Numbered from the stretch's first letter, positions 21,381-34,968 are shown. The stretch: 64,000 bases of DNA from Antedon mediterranea (GCF_964355755.1 NC_092674.1:17298001-17362000); one strand, 5' to 3'. Translations and numbers: made by a program. Notes: a model not told the origin generated them from the letters alone.

Positions 21381-22451
21381 CAGCGAGAGAGAGATAGATC
21401 AGCGAGAGAGAGATAGATCAGCGGGAGAGAGATAGATCAGCGAGAGAGAGATAGATCAGCGAGAGAGAGATAGATCAGCGAGAGAGAGATAGATCAGTGA
21501 GAGAGAGATAGATCAGCGAGAGAGAGATAGATCAGCGAGAGAGATAGATCAGCGAGAGAGAGATAGATCAGCGAGAGAGAGATAGACAAGCGAGAGAGAT
21601 ATAGATCAGCGCGGGAGAGATAGATCAGCGAGAGAGAGATAGATCAGCGAGAGACAGATAGATCAGCGAGAGAGAGATAGATCAGCGAGAGACAGATAGA
21701 TCTGCAAGAGAGAGATAGATCAACGAGAGACAGATAGATCAGCGAGAGACAGATAGATCAGCGAGAGACAGATAGATCGGTGAGAGACAGATAGATCGGC
21801 GAGAGAGAGATAGATCAGCGAGAGACAGATAGATCAGCGAGAGAGAGATACATCAGCGAGAGAGAGATAAATCAGCGAGAGAGAGATAAATCAGCGAGAG
21901 AGAGACACATCAGCGAGAGAAAGACAGATCAGCGAGAGAGAGACAGATCAGCGAGAGAGAGAGACAGACAGATCAGCGAGAGAGAGAGACAGATCAGCGA
22001 GAGAGACACAGATCAGCGAAAAAGACACAGATCAGCGAGAGAGAGAGAGAGAGACAGACAGATTAGCGAGAGAGAGACAGATCAGCGAGAGAGGGACAGA
22101 TCAGCGAGAGAGAGAGACAGATTGGCTAGAGAGAGACAGATCAGCGAGAAAGAGACAGATCGGCTAGAGAGAGACAGATCAGCGAGAGAGAGACAGATCA
22201 GCGAGAGAGAGATAGATCAGCGAGAGGGAGATAGATCAGCGAGAGAGAGATAGATCAGTGAGAGAGAGATAGATCAGCGAGAGAGAGAAAGATCAGCGAG
22301 AGAGAGAGATAGATCAGCGAGAGAGAGATAGATCAGCGAGAGAGAGATAGATCAGCGAGAGGGAGATAGATCAGAGAGAGAGAGAGATAGATCAGCGAGA
22401 GAGAGATAGATCAGCGAGAGAGAGAGAAAGATCAGCGAGAGAGAGATAGAT
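21381..22451 (+). repeat. Satellite D between the L2 and the CAC...GTG element
   Basis: Tandem 19-bp units, including the GACAGATC-variant domain (~21900-22200). Confidence 0.97.
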
Positions 22452-24583
22452 CACATCCACGTCAAATAGTGATAATGGGAAATTAAGTGTTCCGAGAGCC
22501 TTTTTAATTTAAAAGTTAGCCAGAGCCTTTTTCGATAGGCTATAAATAGAAAGTTACCGAACATTTCGAGCGACGCGAGTTCTGACTTCCGTATTTTATA
22601 GGCTGTCTAAATTTCCTTTTTAACTCGTTTATATTAAATTATATTGCTGTTTAATTGATTTCTGTGTATTAGGAATATTTATATTAAACAAAAACCACAA
22701 TAGTAACAATTTTTGTTGATTATGGATTCATTTATTCGAATTCTAAGATAAACGTCTAAGCCAAGTGTAAGCGTAAACAAAGCGAGTCATACGACGAAAA
22801 CAAGAAAGTGAAAACTAACTAGTTTGTTAAAATAGTTAACATTAATTTGGAATTTTTAAATGAAATTCTGGAAACGGTATAATATAGTCTTATATGTATT
22901 TTCTAAGATTTCCAAAAATAAGCTTGGTGTTATTTTTCAAACAAATTCTATAAGGAGTTGAATATAGGTCTGTTTTAAGCGAAAGCACGGTGCGCGTAGG
23001 CCTAGGGAGACGCGGCAGGGCTGAAATAATCGTTTTCTTAGGCGAAGAGAATGAGGAAAGATGCGCTTTATCATTGGCCCCTCGATTGTTATTCTTGTTA
23101 AGTGGCTGATTCATAATCTTAAAATATGAGGACAAAGGGCTTATAAATTTTGAAATAAAGTGTTGAACTTTCAAATTTTCTTAAAATTATTAAGAAGTGG
23201 GTGGGGGGACTGTCTCAAGCTAGGCCCTGTCTGCAAGCTAGGCCTGGACTGTTTAAATTGGTAAAATATTATAAAATCAATACATTCTTGGGGCTAAATA
23301 ATTAATGAAATTTCACGATTCCCTTCTTTTTATTATAATAATGGAGCAATAAATGAAATACACACCATTTAACATAAAACCTTTAATATTATCACAAATT
23401 AGACAACAAGTTTTGTACATCAAATTAACATCTTTTGTACTAGGCCTTTTTCTATTTATATTTATAATGACTATTTATTGCCGATTTGGAAATCACATTT
23501 AAACTTTATAAAAACTACCGCACAACAACCAACTCCGCTTGAACCTTTAAATAAGTAAATTAGGAAAATATCAAGTTTTTAAAAATTAAATGTCCTTTGG
23601 CAATAAAAATCTGTAGATATCCATAAAATTACTGTATGTGTTGTTTCACATATGCCGGTAAATTAATGAGAAATTGTTGTTGATTAATGCTATTTCTATT
23701 GTATTGAAGTATGCAGACAGCTTAAGAACATCCCTCTGTGATCTGTAAAAAAAAAAAACTTAAATTAATAATAATCATTATTTAGTTATATTTGTAATCA
23801 TTTATTTTTATTTCCTTAGGCCTAGGCCTATAAATACGCGCGCCTGACAATGAACACGCGCCAACAATACACGCACTACTCCACTATAATAACATGCTAA
23901 AGCCTAGCTCTCTTACCTGTAAACTAGGCCTAGACTATATTGATTTTTAAATAAAATAAAAGAGGCTTTGTAAAGTTTTATGATTAAAAACAACTTTCCT
24001 ATATATTATATAATGTTCTTATTATTTTAAAAAGCAACATTTCTAATCTTATGGTGTAAAAAAATGATTTTAGCTACAACCATGTGTTCCATTTTCAGCA
24101 GTAAAATAACCAAAAAGGCACAGGTTTAAGCAGCCATTAAAAAAAAATAAAAAATAACACCAACAAGATTTTTTTATTAACTACTATTGAAAAATTAAAT
24201 ATCCAGAAAATATAAAACCCACCTTCTCAAAAAATTAGGTTGTTTTATTACAGCATCAACAAATTAGACGAAATTTTAACATTCGAATACCCTAAAATTG
24301 TTTAAAAAACATTGGTGTAATTCACCCTTGTTTGACACAGATATAATGGCTTTGTCGATAAAAAAACAATATCACGTGGTTCGTAGATGCTGTGTCAAAG
24401 GTTTTCATGAATTATTCATTAGTAAATAAAACCAAAAGTTCCAATTGGCCAGTTTGCAAAAACTTAATATTTATTTTTAAAACAAAGTTGCTTCCGGGTA
24501 ATTGTTCACGCTGTCTCGTGTGCAAAAACGATTCGCTGCCGATAGAGGGCTCACTACTTTTTTTCCATGGTGAATTGAATGTG
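22452..24583. mobile_element. 2132-bp non-autonomous DNA transposon with CAC...GTG termini and 4-bp TSD AGAT (Chapaev/CMC-like)
   Basis: Left end CACATCCACGTCA vs reverse-complemented right end CACATTCAATTCA (10/13 match). AGAT at 22448-22451 and 24584-24587. Removing the element and one AGAT restores the unit pattern seen uninterrupted at ~26895-26977 and ~47423-47505. No transposase ORF recognised. Confidence 0.8.
24540..24555 (+). promoter_or_regulatory. CTCF-like motif 28 bp from the right end of the Chapaev-like element
   Basis: (C)CGATAGAGGGCTCACT; 14/16 identical to the 6307-6322 motif. Visual match only. Confidence 0.35.
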
Positions 24584-27500
24584 AGATCAGCGAGAGAGAG
24601 ATAGATCAGCGAGAGAGAGATAGATCAGCGAGAGAGAGAAAGATCAGCGAGAGAGAGATAGATCAGCGAGAAAGAGATAGATCAGCGAGAGAGAGATAGA
24701 TCAGCGAGACAGAGATAGATCAGCGAGAGAGAGATAGATCAGCGAGAAAGAGATAGATCAGCGAGAGAGAGATAGATCAGCGAGAGAGAGATAGATCAGC
24801 GAGAGAGAGAGATAGATCAGCGAGAGAGAGAAAGATCAGCGAGAGAGATAGATCAGCGAGAGAGAGATAGATCAGCGAGAGAGAGATAGATCAGCGAGAC
24901 AGAGATAGATCAGCGAGAGAGCGATAGATCAGCGAGAGAGAGATAGATCAGCGAGAGAGAGATAGATTAGCGAGAGAGAGATAGATCAGCGAGAGAGAGA
25001 TAGATCAGCGAGAGAGAGATAGATCAGCGAGAGAGAGACAGATCAGCGAGAGAGAGATAGATAAGTGAGAGAGAGATAGATCAGCGAGAGAGATATAGAT
25101 CAGCGAGAGAGAGATAGATCAGCGAGAGAGAGATAGATCAGCGAGAGAGAGAGATAGATCAACGAGAGAGAGATCAGCGAGAGAGATAGATCAGCGAGAG
25201 AGAGAGATAGGTCAGCGAGAGAGAGATAGATCAGCGAGAGAGAGATAGATCAGCGAGATAGAGTTAGATCAGCGAGAGAGAGATAGATCAGCGAGAGCGA
25301 GATACATCGGGGAGAGAGAGATAGATCAGCGAGAGAGAGATAGATAAGCGAGAGAGAGATAGATCAGCGAGAGAGAGATAGATCAGCGAGAGAGAGATAG
25401 ATCAGCGAGAGAGATAGATAGATCAGCGAGAGAGAGAGATAGATAGATCAGTTAGAGAGAGATAGATCAGCGAGAGAGAGAGATAGATAAGCAAGAGAGA
25501 GAGATAGATCAGCGAGAGAGAGATAGATCAGTGAGAGAGAGAGATAGATCAGCGAGAGAGAGATAGATAGATCAGCGAGAGAGAGATAGATCAGCGAGAG
25601 AGAGAGAGATATAGACCAGCGAGAGGGAGATAGATCAGCGAGAGAGAGATAGATCAGCGAGAGAGAGATAGATCAGCGAGAGAGAGATAGATCAGCGAGA
25701 GAGAGATAGATCAGCAAGAGAGAGAGATAGATCATCGAGAGAGAGATAGATCAGCGAGAGAGAGATAGATCAGCGAGAGAGAGATAGATCAGCGAGAGAG
25801 AAATAGATCAGCGAGAGAGATAGATCAGCGAGAAAGAGATAGATCAGCGAGAGAGAGATAGATCAGCGAGAGAGAGATTGATCAGAGAGAGAGATAGATC
25901 AGCGATAGAGAGAGATAGATCAGCGAGAGAGAAATAGATCAGCGGGAGAGAGAGAGATAGATCGAGGAGAGAGAGATAGATCAGCGAGAGAGAGATAGAT
26001 CAGCGAGAGAGAGATAGATTAGCGAGAGAGAGATAGATCAGCGAGAGAGAGATAGATCAGCGAGAGAGAGATAGATCAACGAGAGAGAGATCAGCGAGAG
26101 AGATAGATCAGCGAGAGAGAGATAGATCAGTGAGAGAGAGATAGATCAGCGAGAGAGAGATAGATCAGCGAGAAAGATAGATCAGCGAGAGAGAGATAGA
26201 TCAGCGAGAGAGAGATAGATAAGCGAGAGAGATATAGATCAGCGAGGGAGAGATAGATCAGCGAGAGAGAGATAGATCAGCGAGAGACAGATAGATCAGC
26301 GAGAGAGAGATAGATCAGCGAGAGAGAGATACATCAGCGAGAGAGAGATAAATCAGCGAGAGAGAGATAAATCAGCGAGAGAGAGACACATCAGCGAGAG
26401 AAAGACAGATCAGCGAGAGAGAGACAGATCAGCGAGAGAGAGAGACAGACAGATCAGCGAGAGAGAGAGACAGATCAGCGAGAGAGACACAGATCAGCGA
26501 AAAAGACACAGATCAGCGAGAGAGAGAGAGAGAGAGAGACAGACAGATTAGCGAGAGAGAGACAGATCAGCGAGAGAGGGACAGATCAGCGAGAGAGAGA
26601 GACAGATTGGCTAGAGAGAGACAGATCAGCGAGAGAGAGACAGATCGGCTAGAGAGAGACAGATCAGCGAGAGAGAGACAGATCAGCGAGAGAGAGATAG
26701 ATCAGCGAGAGGGAGATAGATCAGCGAGAGAGAGATAGATCAGTGAGAGAGAGATAGATCAGCGAGAGAGAGAGAGATAGATCAGCGAGAGAGAGATAGA
26801 TCAGCGAGAGAGAGATAGATCAGCGAGAGGGAGATAGATCAGAGAGAGAGAGAGATAGATCAGCGAGAGAGAGATAGATCAGCGAGAGAGAGAGAAAGAT
26901 CAGCGAGAGAGAGATAGATCAGCGAGAGAGAGATAGATCAGCGAGAGAGAGATAGATCAGCGAGAGAGAGAAAGATCAGCGAGAGAGAGATAGATCAGCG
27001 AGAAAGAGATAGATCAGCGAGAGAGAGATAGATCAGCGAGACAGAGATAGATCAGCGAGAGAGAGATAGGTCAGCGAGAGAGAGATAGATCAGCGAGAGA
27101 GAGATAGATCAGCGAGAGAGAGATAGATCAGCGAGAGAGAGAAAGATCAGCGAGAGTGATAGATCAGCGAGAGAGAGATAGATCAGCGAGAGAGAGATAG
27201 ATCAGCGAGAAAAAGATAGATCAGCGAGAGAGCGATAGATCAGCGAGAGAGAGATAGATCAGCGAGAGAGAGATAGATTAGCGAGAGAGAGATAGATCAG
27301 CGAGAGAGAGATAGATCAGCGAGAGAGAGATAGATCAGCGAGAGAGAGACAGATCAGCGAGAGAGAGATAGATAAGCGAGAGAGAGATAGATCAGCGAGA
27401 GAGATATAGATCAGCGAGAGAGAGATAGATCAGCGAGAGAGAGATAGATCAGCGAGAGAGAGATAGATCAACGAGAGAGAAAGATAGATCAACGAGAGAG

Positions 27501-29445
27501 AGATCAGCGAGAGAGAGAGATAGGTCAGCGAGAGAGAGATAGATCAGCGAGAGAGAGATAGATCAGCGAGATAGAGTTAGATCAGCGAGAGAGAGATAGA
27601 TCAGCGAGAGAGAGATAGATCAGCGAGAGCGAGATACATCGGGGAGAGAGAGATAGATCAGCGAGAGAGAGATAGATAAGCGAGAGAGAGAGATAGATCA
27701 GCGAGAGAGAGATAGATCAGCGAGAGAGAGATAGATCAGCGAGAGAGATAGATAGATCAGCGAGAGAGAGAGAGATAGATAAATCAGTTAGAGAGAGATA
27801 GATCAGCGAGAGAGAGAGAGATAGATAAGCAAGAGAGAGAGATAGATCAGCGAGAGAGTGGTAGATCAGTGAGAGAGAGAGATAGATCAGCGAGAGAGAG
27901 AGATAGATCAGCGAGAGAGAGATAGATCAGCGAGAGAGAGAGAGAGATATAGACCAGCGAGAGGGAGATAGATCAGCGAGAGAGAGATAGATCAGCGAGA
28001 GAGAGATAGATCAGCGAGAGAGAGAGATAGATCATCGAGAGAGAGATAGATCAGCGAGAGAGAGATAGATCAGCGAGAGAGAGATAGATCAGTGAGAGAG
28101 AAATAGATCAGCGAGAGAGAGATAGATCAGCGAGAAAGAGATAGATCAGCGAGAGAGAGATAGATCAGCGAGAGAGAGATAGATCAGAGAGAGAGATAGA
28201 TCAGCGATAGAGAGAGATAGATCAGCGAGAGAGAAATAGATAAGCGGGAGAGAGAGAGATAGATCGAGGAGAGAGAGATAGATCAGTGAGAGAGAGATAG
28301 ATCAGCGAGAGAGAGATAGATCAGCGAGAGAGAGATAGATCAGCGAGAGAGAAATAGATCAGCGAGAGAGAGAGATAGATCAGCGAGAGACAGATAGATC
28401 TGCAAGAGAGAGATAGATCAACGACAGACAGATAGATCAGCGAGAGACAGATAGATCAGCGAGAGACAGATAGATCGGCGAGAGACAGATAGATCGGCAA
28501 GAGAGAGATAGATCAGCGAGAGAGAAATAGATCAGTGAGAGAGAGATAGATCAGCGAGAGAGAGATAGATCAGCGAGAGAGAGATAAATCAGCGAGAGAG
28601 AGACACATCAGCGAGAGAAAGACAGATCAGCGAGAGAGAGATAGATCAGCGAGAGAGAGAGAGAGATATAGACCAGCGAGAGGGAGATAGATCAGCGAGA
28701 GAGAGATAGATCAGCGAGAGAGAGATAGATCAGCGAGAGAGAGAGATAGATCATCGAGAGAGAGATAGATCAGCGAGAGAGAGATAGATCAGCGAGAGAG
28801 AGATAGATCAGTGAGAGAGAAATAGATCAGCGAGAGAGAGATAGATCAGCGAGAAAGAGATAGATCAGCGAGAGAGAGATAGATCAGCGAGAGAGAGATA
28901 GATCAGAGAGAGAGATAGATCAGCGATAGAGAGAGATAGATCAGCGAGAGAGAAATAGATAAGCGGGAGAGAGAGAGATAGATCGAGGAGAGAGAGATAG
29001 ATCAGTGAGAGAGAGATAGACCAGCGAGAGAGAGATAGATCAGCGAGAGAGAGATAGATCAGCGAGAGAGAAATAGATCAGCGAGAGAGAGAGATAGATC
29101 AGCGAGAGACAGATAGATCTGCAAGAGAGAGATAGATCAACGAGAGACAGATAGATCAGCGAGAGACAGATAGATCAGCGAGAGACAGATAGATCGGCGA
29201 GAGACAGATAGATCGGCGAGAGAGAGATAGATCAGCGAGAGAGAAATAGATCAGTGAGAGAGAGATAGATCAGCGAGAGAGAGATAGATCAGCGAGAGAG
29301 AGATAAATCAGCGAGAGAGAGACACATCAGCGAGAGAAAGACAGATCAGCGAGAGAGAGACAGATCAGCGAGAGAGAGATAGATCAGCGAGAGGGAGATA
29401 GATCAGCGAGAGAGAGACAGATCAGCGAAAAAGACACAGATCAGC

Positions 29446-29477
<32 letters not shown>

Positions 29478-32400
29478 TTAGCGAGAGAGAGACAGATCAG
29501 CGAGAGAGGGACAGATCAGCGAGAGAGAGAGACAGATTGGCTAGAGAGAGACAGATCAGCGAGAGAGAGACAGATCGGCTAGAGAGAGACAGATCAGCGA
29601 GAAAGAGACAGATCAGCGAGAGAGAGATAGATCAGCGAGAGGGAGATAGATCAGCGAGAGAGAGATAGATCAGTGAGAGAGAGATAGATCAGCGAGAGAG
29701 AGATAGATCAGCGAGAGAGAGAGATAGATCAGCGAGAGAGAGATAGATCAGCGAGAGAGAGATAGATCAGCGAGAGGGAGATAGATCAGAGAGAGAGAGA
29801 GATAGATCAGCGAGAGAGAGATAGATCAGCGAGAGAGAGAAAGATCAGCGAGAGAGATAGATCAGCGAGAGAGAGATAGATCAGCGAGAGAGAGATAGAT
29901 CAGCGAGAGAGAGAAAGATCAGCGAGAGAGAGATAGATCAGCGAGAAAGAGATAGATCAGCGAGAGAGAGATAGATCAGCGAGACAGAGATAGATCAGCG
30001 AGAGAGATAGATCAGCGAGAGAGAGATAGATCAGCGAGAGAGAGATAGATCAGCGAGAGAGAGAAAGATCAGCGAGAGAGATAGATAAGCGAGAGAGAGA
30101 TAGATCAGCGAGAGAGAGATAGATCAGCGAGACAGAGATAGATCAGCGAGAGAGCGATAGATCAGCGAGAGAGAGATAGATCAGCGAGAGAGAGATAGAT
30201 TAGCGAGAGAGAGATAGATCAGCGAGAGAGAGATAGATCAGCGAGAGAGAGATAGATCAGCGAGAGAGAGACAGATCAGCGAGAGAGAGATAGATAAGCG
30301 AGAGAGAGATAGATCAGCGAGAGAGATATAGATCAGCGAGAGAGAGATAGATCAGCGAGAGAGAGATAGATCAGCGAGAGAGAGAGAAAGATCAGCGAGA
30401 GAGAGATAGATCAGCGAGAGAGAGATAGATCAGCGAGAGAGAGATAGATCAGCGAGAGAGAGAAAGATCAGCGAGAGAGAGATAGATCAGCGAGAAAGAG
30501 ATAGATCAGCGAGAGAGAGATAGATCAGCGAGACAGAGATAGATCAGCGAGAGAGAGATAGGTCAGCGAGAGAGAGATAGATCAGCGAGAGAGAGATAGA
30601 TCAGCGAGAGAGAGATAGATCAGCGAGAGAGAGAAAGATCAGCGAGAGTGATAGATCAGCGAGAGAGAGATAGATCAGCGAGAGAGAGATAGATCAGCGA
30701 GAAAGAGATAGATCAGTGAGAGAGAGATAGATCAGCGAGAGAGAGATAGATCAGCGAGAGAGAGATAGATTAGCGAGAGAGAGATAGATCAGCGAGAGAG
30801 AGATAGATCAGCGAGAGAGAGATAGATCAGCGAGAGAGAGACAGATCAGCGAGAGAGAGATAGATAAGCGAGAGAGAGATAGATCAGCGAGAGAGATATA
30901 GATCAGCGAGAGAGAGATAGATCAGCGAGAGAGAGATAGATCAGCGAGAGAGAGATAGATCAACGAGAGAGAAAGATAGATCAACGAGAGAGAGATCAGC
31001 GAGAGAGAGAGATAGGTCAGCGAGAGAGAGATAGATCAGCGAGAGAGAGATAGATCAGCGAGATAGAGTTAGATCAGCGAGAGAGAGATAGATCAGCGAG
31101 AGAGAGATAGATCAGCGAGAGCGAGATACATCGGGGAGAGAGAGATAGATCAGCGAGAGAGAGATAGATAAGCGAGAGAGAGAGATAGATCAGCGAGAGA
31201 GAGATAGATCAGCGAGAGAGAGATAGATCAGCGAGAGAGATAGATAGATCAGCGAGAGAGAGAGAGATAGATAAATCAGTTAGAGAGAGATAGATCAGCG
31301 AGAGAGAGAGAGATAGATAAGCAAGAGAGAGATAGATCAGCGAGAGAGTGGTAGATCAGTGAGAGAGAGAGATAGATCAGCGAGAGAGAGAGATAGATCA
31401 GCGAGAGAGAGATAGATCAGCGAGAGAGAGAGAGAGATATAGACCAGCGAGAGGGAGATAGATCAGCGAGAGAGAGATAGATCAGCGAGAGAGAGATAGA
31501 TCAGCGAGAGAGAGAGATAGATCATCGAGAGAGAGATAGATCAGCGAGAGAGAGATAGATCAGCGAGAGAGAGATAGATCAGTGAGAGAGAAATAGATCA
31601 GCGAGAGAGAGATAGATCAGCGAGAAAGAGATAGATCAGCGAGAGAGAGATAGATCAGCGAGAGAGAGATAGATCAGAGAGAGAGATAGATCAGCGATAG
31701 AGAGAGATAGATCAGCGAGAGAGAAATAGATAAGCGGGAGAGAGAGAGATAGATCGAGGAGAGAGAGATAGATCAGTGAGAGAGAGATAGATCAGCGAGA
31801 GAGAGATAGATCAGCGAGAGAGAGATAGATCAGCGAGAGAGAAATAGATCAGCGAGAGAGAGAGATAGATCAGCGAGAGACAGATAGATCTGCAAGAGAG
31901 AGATAGATCAACGACAGACAGATAGATCAGCGAGAGACAGATAGATCAGCGAGAGACAGATAGATCGGCGAGAGACAGATAGATCGGCAAGAGAGAGATA
32001 GATCAGCGAGAGAGAAATAGATCAGTGAGAGAGAGATAGATCAGCGAGAGAGAGATAGATCAGCGAGAGAGAGATAAATCAGCGAGAGAGAGACACATCA
32101 GCGAGAGAAAGACAGATCAGCGAGAGAGAGATAGATCAGCGAGAGAGAGAGAGAGATATAGACCAGCGAGAGGGAGATAGATCAGCGAGAGAGAGATAGA
32201 TCAGCGAGAGAGAGATAGATCAGCGAGAGAGAGAGATAGATCATCGAGAGAGAGATAGATCAGCGAGAGAGAGATAGATCAGCGAGAGAGAGATAGATCA
32301 GTGAGAGAGAAATAGATCAGCGAGAGAGAGATAGATCAGCGAGAAAGAGATAGATCAGCGAGAGAGAGATAGATCAGCGAGAGAGAGATAGATCAGAGAG

Positions 32401-32938
32401 AGAGATAGATCAGCGATAGAGAGAGATAGATCAGCGAGAGAGAAATAGATAAGCGGGAGAGAGAGAGATAGATCGAGGAGAGAGAGATAGATCAGTGAGA
32501 GAGAGATAGACCAGCGAGAGAGAGATAGATCAGCGAGAGAGAGATAGATCAGCGAGAGAGAAATAGATCAGCGAGAGAGAGAGATAGATCAGCGAGAGAC
32601 AGATAGATCTGCAAGAGAGAGATAGATCAACGAGAGACAGATAGATCAGCGAGAGACAGATAGATCAGCGAGAGACAGATAGATCGGCGAGAGACAGATA
32701 GATCGGCGAGAAAGAGATAGATCAGCGAGAGAGAAATAGATCAGTGAGAGAGAGATAGATCAGCGAGAGAGAGATAGATCAGCGAGAGAGAGATAAATCA
32801 GCGAGAGAGAGACACATCAGCGAGAGAAAGACAGATCAGCGAGAGAGAGACAGATCAGCGAGAGAGAGAGACAGACAGATCAGCGAGAGAGAGAGACAGA
32901 TCAGCGAGAGAGACACAGATCAGCGAAAAAGACACAGA

Positions 32939-32979
<41 letters not shown>

Positions 32980-34937
32980 TTAGCGAGAGAGAGACAGATC
33001 AGCGAGAGAGGGACAGATCAGCGAGAGAGAGAGACAGATTGGCTAGAGAGAGACAGATCAGCGAGAGAGAGACAGATCGGCTAGAGAGAGACAGATCAGC
33101 GAGAAAGAGACAGATCAGCGAGAGAGAGATAGATCAGCGAGAGGGAGATAGATCAGCGAGAGAGAGATAGATCAGTGAGAGAGAGATAGATCAGCGAGAG
33201 AGAGATAGATCAGCGAGAGAGAGAGATAGATCAGCGAGAGAGAGATAGATCAGCGAGAGAGAGATAGATCAGCGAGAGGGAGATAGATCAGAGAGAGAGA
33301 GAGATAGATCAGCGAGAGAGAGATAGATCAGCGAGAGAGAGAAAGATCAGCGAGAGAGATAGATCAGCGAGAGAGAGATAGATCAGCGAGAGAGAGATAG
33401 ATCAGCGAGAGAGAGAAAGATCAGCGAGAGAGAGATAGATCAGCGAGAAAGAGATAGATCAGCGAGAGAGAGATAGATCAGCGAGACAGAGATAGATCAG
33501 CGAGAGAGATAGATCAGCGAGAGAGAGATAGATCAGCGAGAGAGAGATAGATCAGCGAGAGAGAGAAAGATCAGCGAGAGAGATAGATAAGCGAGAGAGA
33601 GATAGATCAGCGAGAGAGAGATAGATCAGCGAGACAGAGATAGATCAGCGAGAGAGCGATAGATCAGCGAGAGAGAGATAGATCAGCGAGAGAGAGATAG
33701 ATTAGCGAGAGAGAGATAGATCAGCGAGAGAGAGATAGATCAGCGAGAGAGAGATAGATCAGCGAGAGAGAGACAGATCAGCGAGAGAGAGATAGATAAG
33801 CGAGAGAGAGATAGATCAGCGAGAGAGATATAGATCAGCGAGAGAGAGATAGATCAGCGAGAGAGAGATAGATCAGCGAGAGAGAGATAGATCAACGAGA
33901 GAGAGAGATAGATCAACGAGAGAGAGATCAGCGAGAGAGATAGATCAGCGAGAGAGAGAGATAGGTCAGCGAGAGAGAGATAGATCAGCGAGAGAGAGAT
34001 AGATCAGCGAGATAGAGATAGATCAGCGAGAGAGAGATAGATCAGTGAGAGAGAGATAGATCAGCGAGAGCAAGATACATCGGGGAGAGAGAGATAGATC
34101 AGCGAGAGAGAGATAGATAAGCGAGAGAGAGATAGATCAGCGAGAGAGAGATAGATCAGCGAGAGAGAGATAGATCAGCGAGAGAGATAGATAGATCAGC
34201 GAGAGAGAGAGATAGATAGATCAGTTAGAGAGGGATAGATCAGCGAGAGAGAGAGATAGATAAGCCAGAGAGAGATAGATCAGCGAGAGAGAGATAGATC
34301 AGGGAGAGAGAGAGATAGATCAGCGAGAGAGAGAGATAGATCAGCGAGAGAGAGATAGATCAGCGAGAGAGAGAGATATAGACCAGCGAGAGGGAGATAG
34401 ATCAGCGAGAGAGAGATTGATCAGCGAGAGAGAGATAGATCAGCGAGAGAGAGATAGATCAGCGAGAGAGAGATAGATCAGCGAGAGAGAGAGATAGATC
34501 ATCGAGAGAGAGATAGATCAGCGAGAGAGATAGATCAGCGAGAGAGAGATAGATCAGCGAGAGAGAGATAGATCAGCGAGAGAGAAATAGATCAGCGAGA
34601 GAGAGATAGATCAGCGAGAGAGAGATAGATCAGCGAGAGAGAGATAGATCAGCGGGAGAGAGATAGATCAGAGAGAGAGATAGATCAGCGATAGAGAGAG
34701 ATAGATCAGCGAGAGAGAAATAGATCAGCGGGAGAGAGAGAGATAGATCGAGGAGAGAGAGATAGATCAGCGAGAGAGAGATAAATCAGCGAGAGAGAGA
34801 TAGATCAGCGAGAGAGAGATAGATCAGCGAGAGAGAAATAGATCAGCGAGAGAGAGATAGATCAGCGAGAGAGAGATAGATCAGCGAGAGAGAGATAGAT
34901 CAGCGAGAGAGAGATAGATCAGCGAGAGAGAGATAGA

Positions 34938-34968
<31 letters not shown>

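Noticed and set aside
22688-22696. Perfect RSS nonamer ACAAAAACC inside a CAC-ended element (RAG/Transib-like transposon?)
   Set aside because: It lies ~230 bp from the terminus rather than at 12/23 spacing, there is no heptamer, and the TSD is 4 bp rather than 5; plausible by chance in AT-rich DNA.
22890-23174. 94-aa minus-strand ORF as a transposase remnant
   Set aside because: No recognisable Chapaev zinc-finger or DDE motifs; non-ATG start.
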